DNA of 30,633 bases from the IMG/VR virus record IMGVR_UViG_3300010348_000185; one strand, written 5' to 3'. The stretch is from a virus. Shown here in pieces: positions 19,116 to 25,671 of the stretch (the stretch's first letter is position 1; each line of letters starts with the position of its first letter). The notes beneath the pieces are model-generated. The model saw only the letters and a program-made list of their open reading frames with translations. It did not search any database and was not told the origin of the DNA. Position numbers and translations under genes: made by a program.

Positions 19116-19409
19116 CTACTTATCACTACTTTCATCCTTACTCTCAAATGAAACTAATTTTGATATATCAACATCATTCACAGTTAATGTTGTTGTTTGA
19201 TTCACATTAGTTATAGGTTTCCCATAAATATATTGAAAGTATAATGTAATTGCTTTTGTATCACCTTGTTTAATCTTTTCTAATAATTTAGAAACAACTA
19301 AACCTCTGTCAATATATTCATCAAATAACTTAATGACATCTTGTTCTTCTGATCTTCTTGGACGACCAGCACCCGGCCTAGCACCACCCCAATTTTCTTT
19401 CTTTTCCAT
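19116..19409 (-). CDS. terS: Terminase small subunit candidate (97 aa)
   Basis: 'WGGARPGAGRPRR' is a basic N-terminal DNA-binding motif common in small terminases. The gene lies upstream of terL. Confidence 0.5.
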   Translation of the reverse strand: MEKKENWGGARPGAGRPRRSEEQDVIKLFDEYIDRGLVVSKLLEKIKQGDTKAITLYFQYIYGKPITNVNQTTTLTVNDVDISKLVSFESKDESSDK

Positions 19410-19885
19410 TATATTTTATGGTATATTTTTTTAGCATCTAAATATGCTTGTCTTGCTTCTTCTTCTGTTTTAAAGAAACCAAGGCTTATATTATTATTAT
19501 TATATCCTATCTGTGAATGAAACTTATTTCTATCCTTCCTATAACAATAACCTTTACTATTTTTTGTATTCCATTGATTTTGTTGGTTTGTAACCTTTCT
19601 TAAATTACATATTCTATTATCATCTTTAATACCATTTATATGGTCTATACAATCAACAATTTCTCCATATTTATAGTAGTAGGCAAATTGATGACCTAAT
19701 AAATTGATAATTTTACCTTTATTATATATATTAAGAAATATATAACCTTTTTTATGTCTTCTAGTAATTTCATTACCACTACTTCCGTATATCTTACCTG
19801 TTATACTATCATAAATATAACCTTTACTAATTGCTAATTTACATTTATCTTCTCTTGTCATCTTGAAACTATTTTGTTTATTCAA
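19409..19885 (-). CDS. HNH homing endonuclease with a C-terminal AP2-like DNA-binding domain (158 aa)
   Basis: 'HQFAYYY...DHINGIKDDNRICNLRKVTNQQNQWN' is an HNH_3-type motif. 'RKDRNKFHSQIGYNNNNISLGFFKTEEEARQAYLDAKKIY' is AP2-like. Confidence 0.85.
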   Translation of the reverse strand: MNKQNSFKMTREDKCKLAISKGYIYDSITGKIYGSSGNEITRRHKKGYIFLNIYNKGKIINLLGHQFAYYYKYGEIVDCIDHINGIKDDNRICNLRKVTNQQNQWNTKNSKGYCYRKDRNKFHSQIGYNNNNISLGFFKTEEEARQAYLDAKKIYHKI

Positions 19886-20267
19886 CTACTAAGACACCTA
19901 ATCTTTGTATCATTTTTGCTATTAAACCTGGACACGCACATCTACTTAGTTTAGAACTAAATATATCATTATACAATCTAAATAGGTTATTCACATCATC
20001 ATTGTTTAATGTATGTGTAGAAGTAATCTTTTTGATAAAATCGATCTCTTCCTCTGTAATATCTCTACTTGCTTTTAACCAAGGAAATGCTTTATTAAGT
20101 GCTTCTTTTCTTCTTTTACAAGGTTCGCATTCAGGAATACCAAGTGTTTGTGTTATTGAACTTACTAAATCTCCTAAACCTGAACTTTCTAATTTTTGTT
20201 CTGTTGTTTCCTCTGTTAAACCATCTAATATAATTTCAGGTTCTTCAGTTTTTCTTTTCTTTGCCAT
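19878..20267 (-). CDS. Hypothetical Cys-containing protein (129 aa)
   Basis: The ORF has CEPC...RCACPG cysteines. Function is unknown. Confidence 0.3.
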   Translation of the reverse strand: MAKKRKTEEPEIILDGLTEETTEQKLESSGLGDLVSSITQTLGIPECEPCKRRKEALNKAFPWLKASRDITEEEIDFIKKITSTHTLNNDDVNNLFRLYNDIFSSKLSRCACPGLIAKMIQRLGVLVVE

Positions 20268-20295
20268 ATTATTATTTTATTTTTATATAAAAACT

Positions 20296-20469
20296 CTATT
20301 TATTTATTTTGTTTATCCAGTTCCATTTAACAACTCTTACTACAAAAGAATATAATAATGCTTCTCCATATCCTATTGGTGTGAATAATCTACTTAGTAA
20401 CATAATCACTAAAGGGTATATTACAAATATACCTATTAAAATAAGTAATAATTTAGTTTTTGAATTCAT
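20296..20469 (-). CDS. Small membrane protein (57 aa, MNSKTKLLLILIGIFVIYPLVIMLLSRLFTPIGYGEALLYSFVVRVVKWNWINKINK)
   Basis: Hand-translated ORF that fills the gap between genes and has a hydrophobic N-terminal helix. The plus-strand ORFs here are antisense artefacts. Confidence 0.4.
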   Translation of the reverse strand: MNSKTKLLLILIGIFVIYPLVIMLLSRLFTPIGYGEALLYSFVVRVVKWNWINKINK

Positions 20470-20938
20470 AATTGTTTTTTATTTTTTCTTTAATTTTATT
20501 AATTCTTAGGTTTATAGTCAAGTGATTTACTCCAATCTCTCTTGCTATTTTTCTTTGTGAGATACCAAATATAAAATGTAGTTGATATAACTTTTTCTCA
20601 AAGTGATTTAATTTGGATACAGTTTCAGATATACAATCTAATTTTTTTTGTTTGATTATATCTTCAATCATCATTTGAGTTAATTCTAAGTCTTCTAATG
20701 AATTATCCTCAAAGTTTGATACATCTACATTACTATCTATTTTATTTACTCTTATACGCTCTAAAAATAAGTTTCTTAATGAGATGAATACATAATTATC
20801 TGTTGCTTTTATATCAGGAACATCCTTAAATCTGATAATTAAGTCGTGTAGAAGATCTTGACTTTCTTTATTGTTGGTAATAATTTTTGAGAAGTTATAC
20901 CATTTTTTATAGTTTAGCTCTATATGATTATTAGACAT
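20453..20938 (-). CDS. ECF-like sigma-70 family sigma factor (161 aa)
   Basis: The region 2-like part is 'SQDLLHDLIIRFKD...NYVFISLRNLFLERIR'. The region 4 helix-turn-helix is 'LNHFEKKLYQLHFIFGISQRKIAREIGVNHLTINLRINKIKEKIK'. Confidence 0.7.
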   Translation of the reverse strand: MSNNHIELNYKKWYNFSKIITNNKESQDLLHDLIIRFKDVPDIKATDNYVFISLRNLFLERIRVNKIDSNVDVSNFEDNSLEDLELTQMMIEDIIKQKKLDCISETVSKLNHFEKKLYQLHFIFGISQRKIAREIGVNHLTINLRINKIKEKIKNNYEFKN

Positions 20939-21300
20939 TATATTGGTGATTTTTGATAGTATATTTGAGTAAATATACTTAGATTTTTACAGCTCTCAAA
21001 TAACTCATTATCAATTAGGTAAGTTTCTAATGATAAAAATAATGATGAGTAGTATGCTATAACTTTTAATGTTATATGTCTTGCTGTTATCTCACAGATA
21101 GAATCAAGTAATACTTCTATTCTTTTTACTATATTAAATATAGTTTTTTCTGATAGGAATTTAGGTGTTATGATTTTCATAAACTCATCATTTATATCCA
21201 TCATAGCAATCCAAACAAGGTAATGTGTTTGCGATGTAGTGTCAATAAAATTAGGTATATTACTTAATTTTTCTCTAATATAAGATATATGCTCTTTCAT
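20938..21300 (-). CDS. Hypothetical protein (120 aa)
   Basis: The ORF is coupled by TAATG to the sigma factor gene. No motif was recognised. Confidence 0.3.
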   Translation of the reverse strand: MKEHISYIREKLSNIPNFIDTTSQTHYLVWIAMMDINDEFMKIITPKFLSEKTIFNIVKRIEVLLDSICEITARHITLKVIAYYSSLFLSLETYLIDNELFESCKNLSIFTQIYYQKSPI

Positions 21301-21358
21301 TATATTTAATCTTTTACTATATATTGAAAAGTTTGTGCTCCCTATAAAAAAAAGATGA

Positions 21359-21413
21359 CTATTAGTAATCTAATTACTCGAAGAAGTTTCTTCGAGAGTT
21401 ATACTACTAATAG
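21359..21413. promoter_or_regulatory. Nested palindrome: outer arms ctattagta/tactaatag around the core hairpin ctcgaagaa-gt-ttcttcgag
   Basis: Read directly in a 252-bp ORF-free spacer. The 32-nt core 'tactcgaagaagtttcttcgagagttatacta' (21375-21406) recurs at 24871 and 25365. Confidence 0.6.
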
Positions 21414-21552
21414 CCACTTGAAATAAAGAAATTTATTGCTTTATTTATAGATTGTTTCTATATAAAAGTTTATAATTTATTTTATTTTTTATAATGGTTT
21501 CTTGTATTTCTTATAAATAATAATCCTGTTCCATCTATTAATAACTCTTTAC

Positions 21553-22935
21553 TCATATTTTCTTTTCTGTTTTTATATCTTCTATACTAATCTGTGCGTT
21601 AAGACCAGCAATAAAAAATTGCTCTATTATTTTCATCTGTGAGCGATCTAAATCTTCTTTCTTTATAATTATACTATCGTGTATGAAATGATACTTTATA
21701 TCCATTCTATCAAGCTCTGGTAGTATTCTCTCAACCCATAAAAAACTTTCTGTTCCTTGTAACAATAGAGGTAACATTTTATGCGCTCTTTTTATTTTAG
21801 CAATACTTTTAATGTCATTAAGGAACTTATATATTGTAGGATATATCATAGAGAAAATCTTCTTATATTCATTAGGTGATTTAGAAGGTGAATAAAGAAC
21901 TATGATGAAAATTTGCTTTGCTTCTAATCTTGTCATTTTCTCACCAGTTAAATTAAAAACCTCATTGGCAAAATGTCTATAAATATCATCATTCTCACAT
22001 AAGTTTTTCCACAAATCTAATTCTTTTTTTGATGGTAATTTTACAGTTTTCAATCCTTCTAAAAACCTTACACCGTCTGACTTCCCGAGTGTTTTTTCTA
22101 TAATTCTGTATTCATAAGAGAGATAAGAATTAGAATAAGAATTTACAGGGGACTTTTCACCTCTTAATTCTTTTAATAAATTAAAAAAGATATTTAACAT
22201 TGCTGGTTGAGAAGCAACTATATCCATAGAATAATCATAACCTAAAATAAACTTTTTATAATCACCATTTAGAATAGAAAGATTAGTAGTTATTCTTCCA
22301 TTAGAAGAAGACCTTGATATAAAAAGTTGTTTATCATTTATCTCTAATAATTTTCTTTGTAAAACCGCTTTTGTATATTTAGAAAGTATTCTACCTTTTT
22401 TATCAGGTATTTGATTTACATAACAATTAGTAAGATAGTTCCAAGCAGCAATAAAATCTATCTTAAAATCATTCTTAAAATTATTTTTATGTTTAGTTGA
22501 AACTTTTAGTTTAGTATCTGTTTCATTTATTGCTTTAATAGTTCTATTAAGATAAGTTTTATTCTCCATAGCAATAGAGGTTAAATCATCAACGAAATCT
22601 TCGTTAAGCTTATATGACATAGATTTTTCACCAGGAATATAAAAGTTATCTGTAATAACAACTTTTTCTTGTATTAGATAATCTAAATACAATGAATAAT
22701 CATTATGAAGTATATTATGAAAAGAATTGGTTTGTATTTGTACTAAATTGTTTCTATCTATATCTCTTGAACCCGCCATTCGTAATATAGTATCACATAT
22801 TACTATTAAACCTTCTTTGTCTAAAGAATAAATTTTTGATGATAAATCTTTGTTCCACTTGATATAGACGTGTAGTTTGTTGTCTATAAAGTTTTTAATC
22901 GATACAGGTATGTATCTGTTAAGTTTTTTTTTCAT
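21553..22935 (-). CDS. Miniature family-A-like nucleic acid polymerase (460 aa)
   Basis: Motifs by eye: 'NGRITTNLSIL' (compare TGRLSSxxPNLQNIP), 'YDYSMDIVASQPAML' (motif A) and 'DDIYRHFANEVFNLTGEKMTRLEAKQIFIIVLYS' (motif B, R..AK...F...Y). Also 'LLQGTESFLW' (compare QGTAADL) and 'HFIHDSIII' (motif C). Confidence 0.6.
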   Translation of the reverse strand: MKKKLNRYIPVSIKNFIDNKLHVYIKWNKDLSSKIYSLDKEGLIVICDTILRMAGSRDIDRNNLVQIQTNSFHNILHNDYSLYLDYLIQEKVVITDNFYIPGEKSMSYKLNEDFVDDLTSIAMENKTYLNRTIKAINETDTKLKVSTKHKNNFKNDFKIDFIAAWNYLTNCYVNQIPDKKGRILSKYTKAVLQRKLLEINDKQLFISRSSSNGRITTNLSILNGDYKKFILGYDYSMDIVASQPAMLNIFFNLLKELRGEKSPVNSYSNSYLSYEYRIIEKTLGKSDGVRFLEGLKTVKLPSKKELDLWKNLCENDDIYRHFANEVFNLTGEKMTRLEAKQIFIIVLYSPSKSPNEYKKIFSMIYPTIYKFLNDIKSIAKIKRAHKMLPLLLQGTESFLWVERILPELDRMDIKYHFIHDSIIIKKEDLDRSQMKIIEQFFIAGLNAQISIEDIKTEKKI

Positions 22936-22968
22936 ATTCGTCTTTTATTTTTTATGTCTTTTTATTTA

Positions 22969-23011
22969 CTTGGGAGACGAACCTGAGGGGATCAATCCTC
23001 AGGAACCCAAG
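22969..23011 (-). promoter_or_regulatory. GC-rich bipartite stem-loop in the 5' leader of the polymerase gene
   Basis: The outer stem is cttggg/cccaag, the inner stem cctgagg/cctcagg, and the loop ggatcaat. It lies 34-76 nt upstream of the ATG at 22935 and is a GC island in AT-rich DNA. Confidence 0.5.
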
Positions 23012-23129
23012 AAGAAGTTTAATAACTTACTTATAGTAGTGTTTATTTTAATAAACAACTCTTTAGTATATATTATATTTTCAAACTCCCTTTTGTTGTT
23101 TTTTTAATTTTTTTTAATTTTTTTTATAA

Positions 23130-23161
23130 AAAACCCTAACCAAATAATTGATTAGGGTTTT
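23130..23161 (-). terminator. Rho-independent terminator (potentially bidirectional)
   Basis: The stem is aaaaccctaa/ttagggtttt with a 12-nt loop. It has a U-run on the minus-strand transcript and T-rich flanks on both sides. Confidence 0.65.
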
Positions 23162-23182
23162 AAAAAATAAAGAAGAAAATTA

Positions 23183-23326
23183 TTATTGCTTAGATAAAAT
23201 CACATAAGTGATTAAACCTCCTATAATTGTAAGCCAAAAAAAGAATCTTACATTATTATTTATACTTCTTAAATACTGAGTTTGCTTCTCAAGCAATTGT
23301 CTGTCTGTTAATTTATTAAATTCCAT
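23183..23326 (-). CDS. Small C-terminally membrane-anchored protein (47 aa, MEFNKLTDRQLLEKQTQYLRSINNNVRFFFWLTIIGGLITYVILSKQ)
   Basis: Hand-translated ORF between 23361..23609 and the terminator. Confidence 0.35.
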   Translation of the reverse strand: MEFNKLTDRQLLEKQTQYLRSINNNVRFFFWLTIIGGLITYVILSKQ

Positions 23327-23360
23327 ATTGTATATATTAAAATGTTTGTTGTTCCTTTGT

Positions 23361-23609
23361 TTAATTTTTAATGTATAATTGTTTATTATATAAACCTAAT
23401 TTATTCTCATCAATTGCTTCTGTTAAAGTCAATTTTACCTGATTTGCTATCCAACTAAATGGTGAATTAATTATTTCATCTATAGTTAAATACCTAACCA
23501 CACCATCGGCAAATGTAAATCTATATTCTATAAGATTAGGATCTACCGAAGTTAATCTAGATATCCAAATGTTAATCTCTGGTTGCATAATCATAATTGT
23601 ATGTGCCAT
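23361..23609 (-). CDS. Hypothetical protein (82 aa)
   Basis: ORF with an ATG start, on the same strand as its neighbours. Confidence 0.3.
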   Translation of the reverse strand: MAHTIMIMQPEINIWISRLTSVDPNLIEYRFTFADGVVRYLTIDEIINSPFSWIANQVKLTLTEAIDENKLGLYNKQLYIKN

Positions 23610-23712
23610 ATTTTCTATTTTTTAATTATTACTCGATCATCGATAGTGCTTTCTAAACAAAGATAGTGTTTATATTTAATATAAACAACTTTTAGTACTA
23701 CTATTATTTCAA

Positions 23713-23937
23713 TTAATCTAATACTAACTCCAACTTTTTATTTCTAATATAAACAATATATAAAGCATACTCATATCTACTAACTTCATCATAACTAATT
23801 TTACCGTTACTATAATCTAACCACATAGCATTACAAGTAGTATCATTTTTACTATAAGTTAGAAAATCATTCCAATCATCATAACTTAACAGCTTTTGCC
23901 AATCATTTTTGTAACCTTTGACTTGCTCTATTTTCAT
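23713..23937 (-). CDS. Hypothetical protein (74 aa), first gene of the minus-strand arm
   Basis: The ORF lies 20 nt downstream of a Bacteroidota-type promoter. Confidence 0.35.
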   Translation of the reverse strand: MKIEQVKGYKNDWQKLLSYDDWNDFLTYSKNDTTCNAMWLDYSNGKISYDEVSRYEYALYIVYIRNKKLELVLD

Positions 23938-23956
23938 ATTTTTTAATTTAACTCTA

Positions 23957-23987
23957 CAAATTTACAATTATTTTATGATCTAGCAAA
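23957..23987 (-). promoter_or_regulatory. Bacteroidota sigma-A type promoter: -33 TTTG, 19-nt spacer, -7 TAAATTTG
   Basis: The minus strand reads TTTGctagatcataaaataattgTAAATTTG. This matches the TTTG-N19-21-TAnnTTTG consensus, and the ATG lies 20 nt downstream. Confidence 0.6.
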
Positions 23988-24090
23988 ATATTTGTAAAAA
24001 AATTAAAAAAAAATCAAAAAATAGCAAAAGGGACTGAACATATATTAATATATATAATATAATATATATAAAAAATAAGAAATAAAGAAT

Positions 24091-24240
24091 ATGACAACAA
24101 AAGAACAATTAAGAAAACTTCAAGATGAATGGGATAGATTATCACTTTATTCATCAAATCCAGAAAAGAAAATGGATAAAATAGAAAAGAAAATGGAAGT
24201 TTTAGAAAGACAATTAAAATTAGAGAGTTTAGGAATTTAA
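24091..24240 (+). CDS. Small hypothetical protein (49 aa, MTTKEQLRKLQDEWDRLSLYSSNPEKKMDKIEKKMEVLERQLKLESLGI), first gene of the plus-strand arm
   Basis: Hand-translated ORF. It is preceded by the leader 'ataaaaaataagaaataaagaatATG', which is shared with other plus-strand genes. Confidence 0.45.
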   Translation: MTTKEQLRKLQDEWDRLSLYSSNPEKKMDKIEKKMEVLERQLKLESLGI

Positions 24241-24251
24241 CCTAAACTCTC
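24223..24251 (+). promoter_or_regulatory. Perfect 11-bp stem-loop overlapping the stop codon of the first early ORF
   Basis: The stem is gagagtttagg/cctaaactctc with the 7-nt loop aatttaa. It is followed by an A-run, not a U-run, so it may be an attenuator or processing site rather than a classical terminator. Confidence 0.4.
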
Positions 24252-24270
24252 AAAAAAATAAATTATTAAT

Positions 24271-24423
24271 ATGAAAAACTCAAAATTAATAAACATTAGC
24301 ACAAAAACAATAGAAGAGTTAGATACTCTAAGAAATAAGTATAATTTATCATATGATAAAATTATCACATCTCTTATTATAGAATACTATAAAAACAAAA
24401 ATAATAATAACAAAGATGAATAA
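24271..24423 (+). CDS. Small ribbon-helix-helix-like DNA-binding protein candidate (50 aa)
   Basis: MKNSKLINISTKTIEELDTLRNKYNLSYDKIITSLIIEYYKNKNNNNKDE has a strand-helix-helix pattern like CopG/Arc family proteins. Confidence 0.35.
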   Translation: MKNSKLINISTKTIEELDTLRNKYNLSYDKIITSLIIEYYKNKNNNNKDE

Positions 24424-24574
24424 AGAAGTTTTAAGAGAGAAAATAATTGAAACCTCATATTACATTACACAAGCAGTAATGAAGTCTAATATAGAAGATA
24501 TAGAGCGTTTAAGAGCAGAGATGAATAACCTAATCGAGCTATATAAAAATGAACTAAACAATAATGGCTTGTAA
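24416..24574 (+). CDS. Small hypothetical protein (52 aa)
   Basis: Hand-translated: MNKEVLREKIIETSYYITQAVMKSNIEDIERLRAEMNNLIELYKNELNNNGL. It overlaps both neighbours in the usual coupled manner. Confidence 0.4.
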   Translation: MNKEVLREKIIETSYYITQAVMKSNIEDIERLRAEMNNLIELYKNELNNNGL

Positions 24575-24854
24575 CATATATAAATACTCTCAAAACGAGA
24601 GTGCCTCGCACTATACAGAATATGAAATGGAAAAATATAGCGAGTATATGACTTGGGTTGAGGATGAAGTAAATAAATCTGATCTACCAACTACTATTAA
24701 ACATAAAATGATGAGTAAAAGAAATCTTCATAAAAGAAAAAATGGTATGTGGTTTCTTGAAGAAGCCAGTTATGAATTTGAGTTTCTACCATTTAAGCAA
24801 TGGTTATTACAAACTGAAAGAGATGAAAAACTACAATCACTTTTAGGTGATTGA
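24564..24854 (+). CDS. Hypothetical early protein (96 aa) ending in ...RDEKLQSLLGD
   Basis: The last 12 codons lie inside the 95-bp perfect repeat. Confidence 0.4.
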   Translation: MACNIYKYSQNESASHYTEYEMEKYSEYMTWVEDEVNKSDLPTTIKHKMMSKRNLHKRKNGMWFLEEASYEFEFLPFKQWLLQTERDEKLQSLLGD

Positions 24855-24912
24855 TTTCTGTAAAACAGAATACTCGAAGAAGTTTCTTCGAGAGTTATAC
24901 TATCCCAATTGG
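24818..24912 (+). repeat. 95-bp perfect direct repeat, copy A (gene 3' end plus two hairpins)
   Basis: It is identical to 25312-25406. It contains 'RDEKLQSLLGD*', the hairpin ttctgt-aaa-acagaa, the hairpin ctcgaagaa-gt-ttcttcgag, and 'agttatactatcccaattgg'. Confidence 0.95.
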
Positions 24913-24963
24913 TACTACTCGATTAACGTGAGTGCGAAGCACTATAAAAAATAAATAAGAAAT

Positions 24964-25146
24964 ATGAAAAATAATATGAAAAAAATAATAGTAAATTTAA
25001 GATATGATATTAATTCAATAAATGAAAATGAAAAATTAGTAATTATTGAAGAATTAAAAAAAAACTTAAATAGTGATAATATAATGGTATTTTTTAACTC
25101 ATTAGAAAATAGAATATATACAATTGATATACCAAAATATGAATAA
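24964..25146 (+). CDS. Hypothetical early protein (60 aa)
   Basis: ORF with the conserved leader 'ctataaaaaataaataagaaatATG'. Confidence 0.35.
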   Translation: MKNNMKKIIVNLRYDINSINENEKLVIIEELKKNLNSDNIMVFFNSLENRIYTIDIPKYE

Positions 25147-25348
25147 ATTAAACCTATTTTATAATAATAATTTAATTGTAACTATTTATAGAAGTGATAT
25201 TCTTTGTAAAGGAAGCCTAATATCATTTGATGGTAATTTAGAATATATTGTAGTTAATGTAAATGAAAATGAAAATATATATGATGCTTTTTTAATGACT
25301 ATTCAAGAAGCAAGAGATGAAAAACTACAATCACTTTTAGGTGATTGA
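25139..25348 (+). CDS. Hypothetical early protein (69 aa from the ATG; the ORF track starts at a TTG at 25124) ending in ...RDEKLQSLLGD
   Basis: The ATG at 25139 overlaps the upstream stop (ATGAATAA). The last 12 codons lie inside the 95-bp repeat. Confidence 0.4.
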   Translation: MNKLNLFYNNNLIVTIYRSDILCKGSLISFDGNLEYIVVNVNENENIYDAFLMTIQEARDEKLQSLLGD

Positions 25349-25406
25349 TTTCTGTAAAACAGAATACTCGAAGAAGTTTCTTCGAGAGTTATACTATCCC
25401 AATTGG
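25312..25406 (+). repeat. 95-bp perfect direct repeat, copy B
   Basis: It is identical to 24818-24912. Confidence 0.95.
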
Positions 25407-25428
25407 GACTATAAAATAAAATAATAGA

Positions 25429-25671
25429 ATGAATATATTAACAAAAGAGTGTATTACACATTCAACTGATGTAAATGGAATAATTAAGATAGAAGGAATA
25501 ATTACAACACTTTTATTTAATTTCATAATTATAAAAAGAGAAAAGATTCGTTTAGACCTTTGTAAAAAAGACTTAGAGTTTATATGTTTTAGAGATGGTA
25601 TTTCTATAGAACAAGTAATTATAAATATGATAGAAGAACGTTTAGAAGGATTTAGATTTGTAGGTATGTAG
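25429..25671 (+). CDS. Hypothetical protein (80 aa) whose last residues run into a methyltransferase remnant
   Basis: The ORF ends ...EERLEGFRFVGM followed by TAG. Confidence 0.3.
   Translation: MNILTKECITHSTDVNGIIKIEGIITTLLFNFIIIKREKIRLDLCKKDLEFICFRDGISIEQVIINMIEERLEGFRFVGM

Noticed and set aside
22969-23011. GC-rich islands (22969-23011, 4633-4673, 18950-18970) as possible tRNA genes
   Set aside because: Each is too short (about 40 nt or less) and forms a single hairpin. None has a cloverleaf or T-loop (GTTCGAATC-like) sequence.
24223-24251. The 11-bp perfect hairpin after the first early ORF as a canonical intrinsic terminator
   Set aside because: On the transcribed plus strand it is followed by an A-run rather than a U-run. 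It is kept as an unspecified regulatory stem-loop, not as a terminator.
24460-24690. Minus-strand ORF 24460..24690 in the early plus-strand arm
   Set aside because: It overlaps three tightly coupled plus-strand ORFs that have the conserved leader and ATG starts, and its protein is low-complexity. The minus-strand ORF 25683..25907, antisense to the methyltransferase start, is rejected for the same reason.
25669-25671. In-frame TAG inside a methyltransferase-like motif as evidence for stop-codon reassignment (TAG recoding)
   Set aside because: All long genes, including the 1300-aa and 793-aa late proteins, are intact under the standard code. The upstream part of this ORF is not methyltransferase-like, and an intact methyltransferase lies next door. 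A pseudogene remnant is the simpler explanation.
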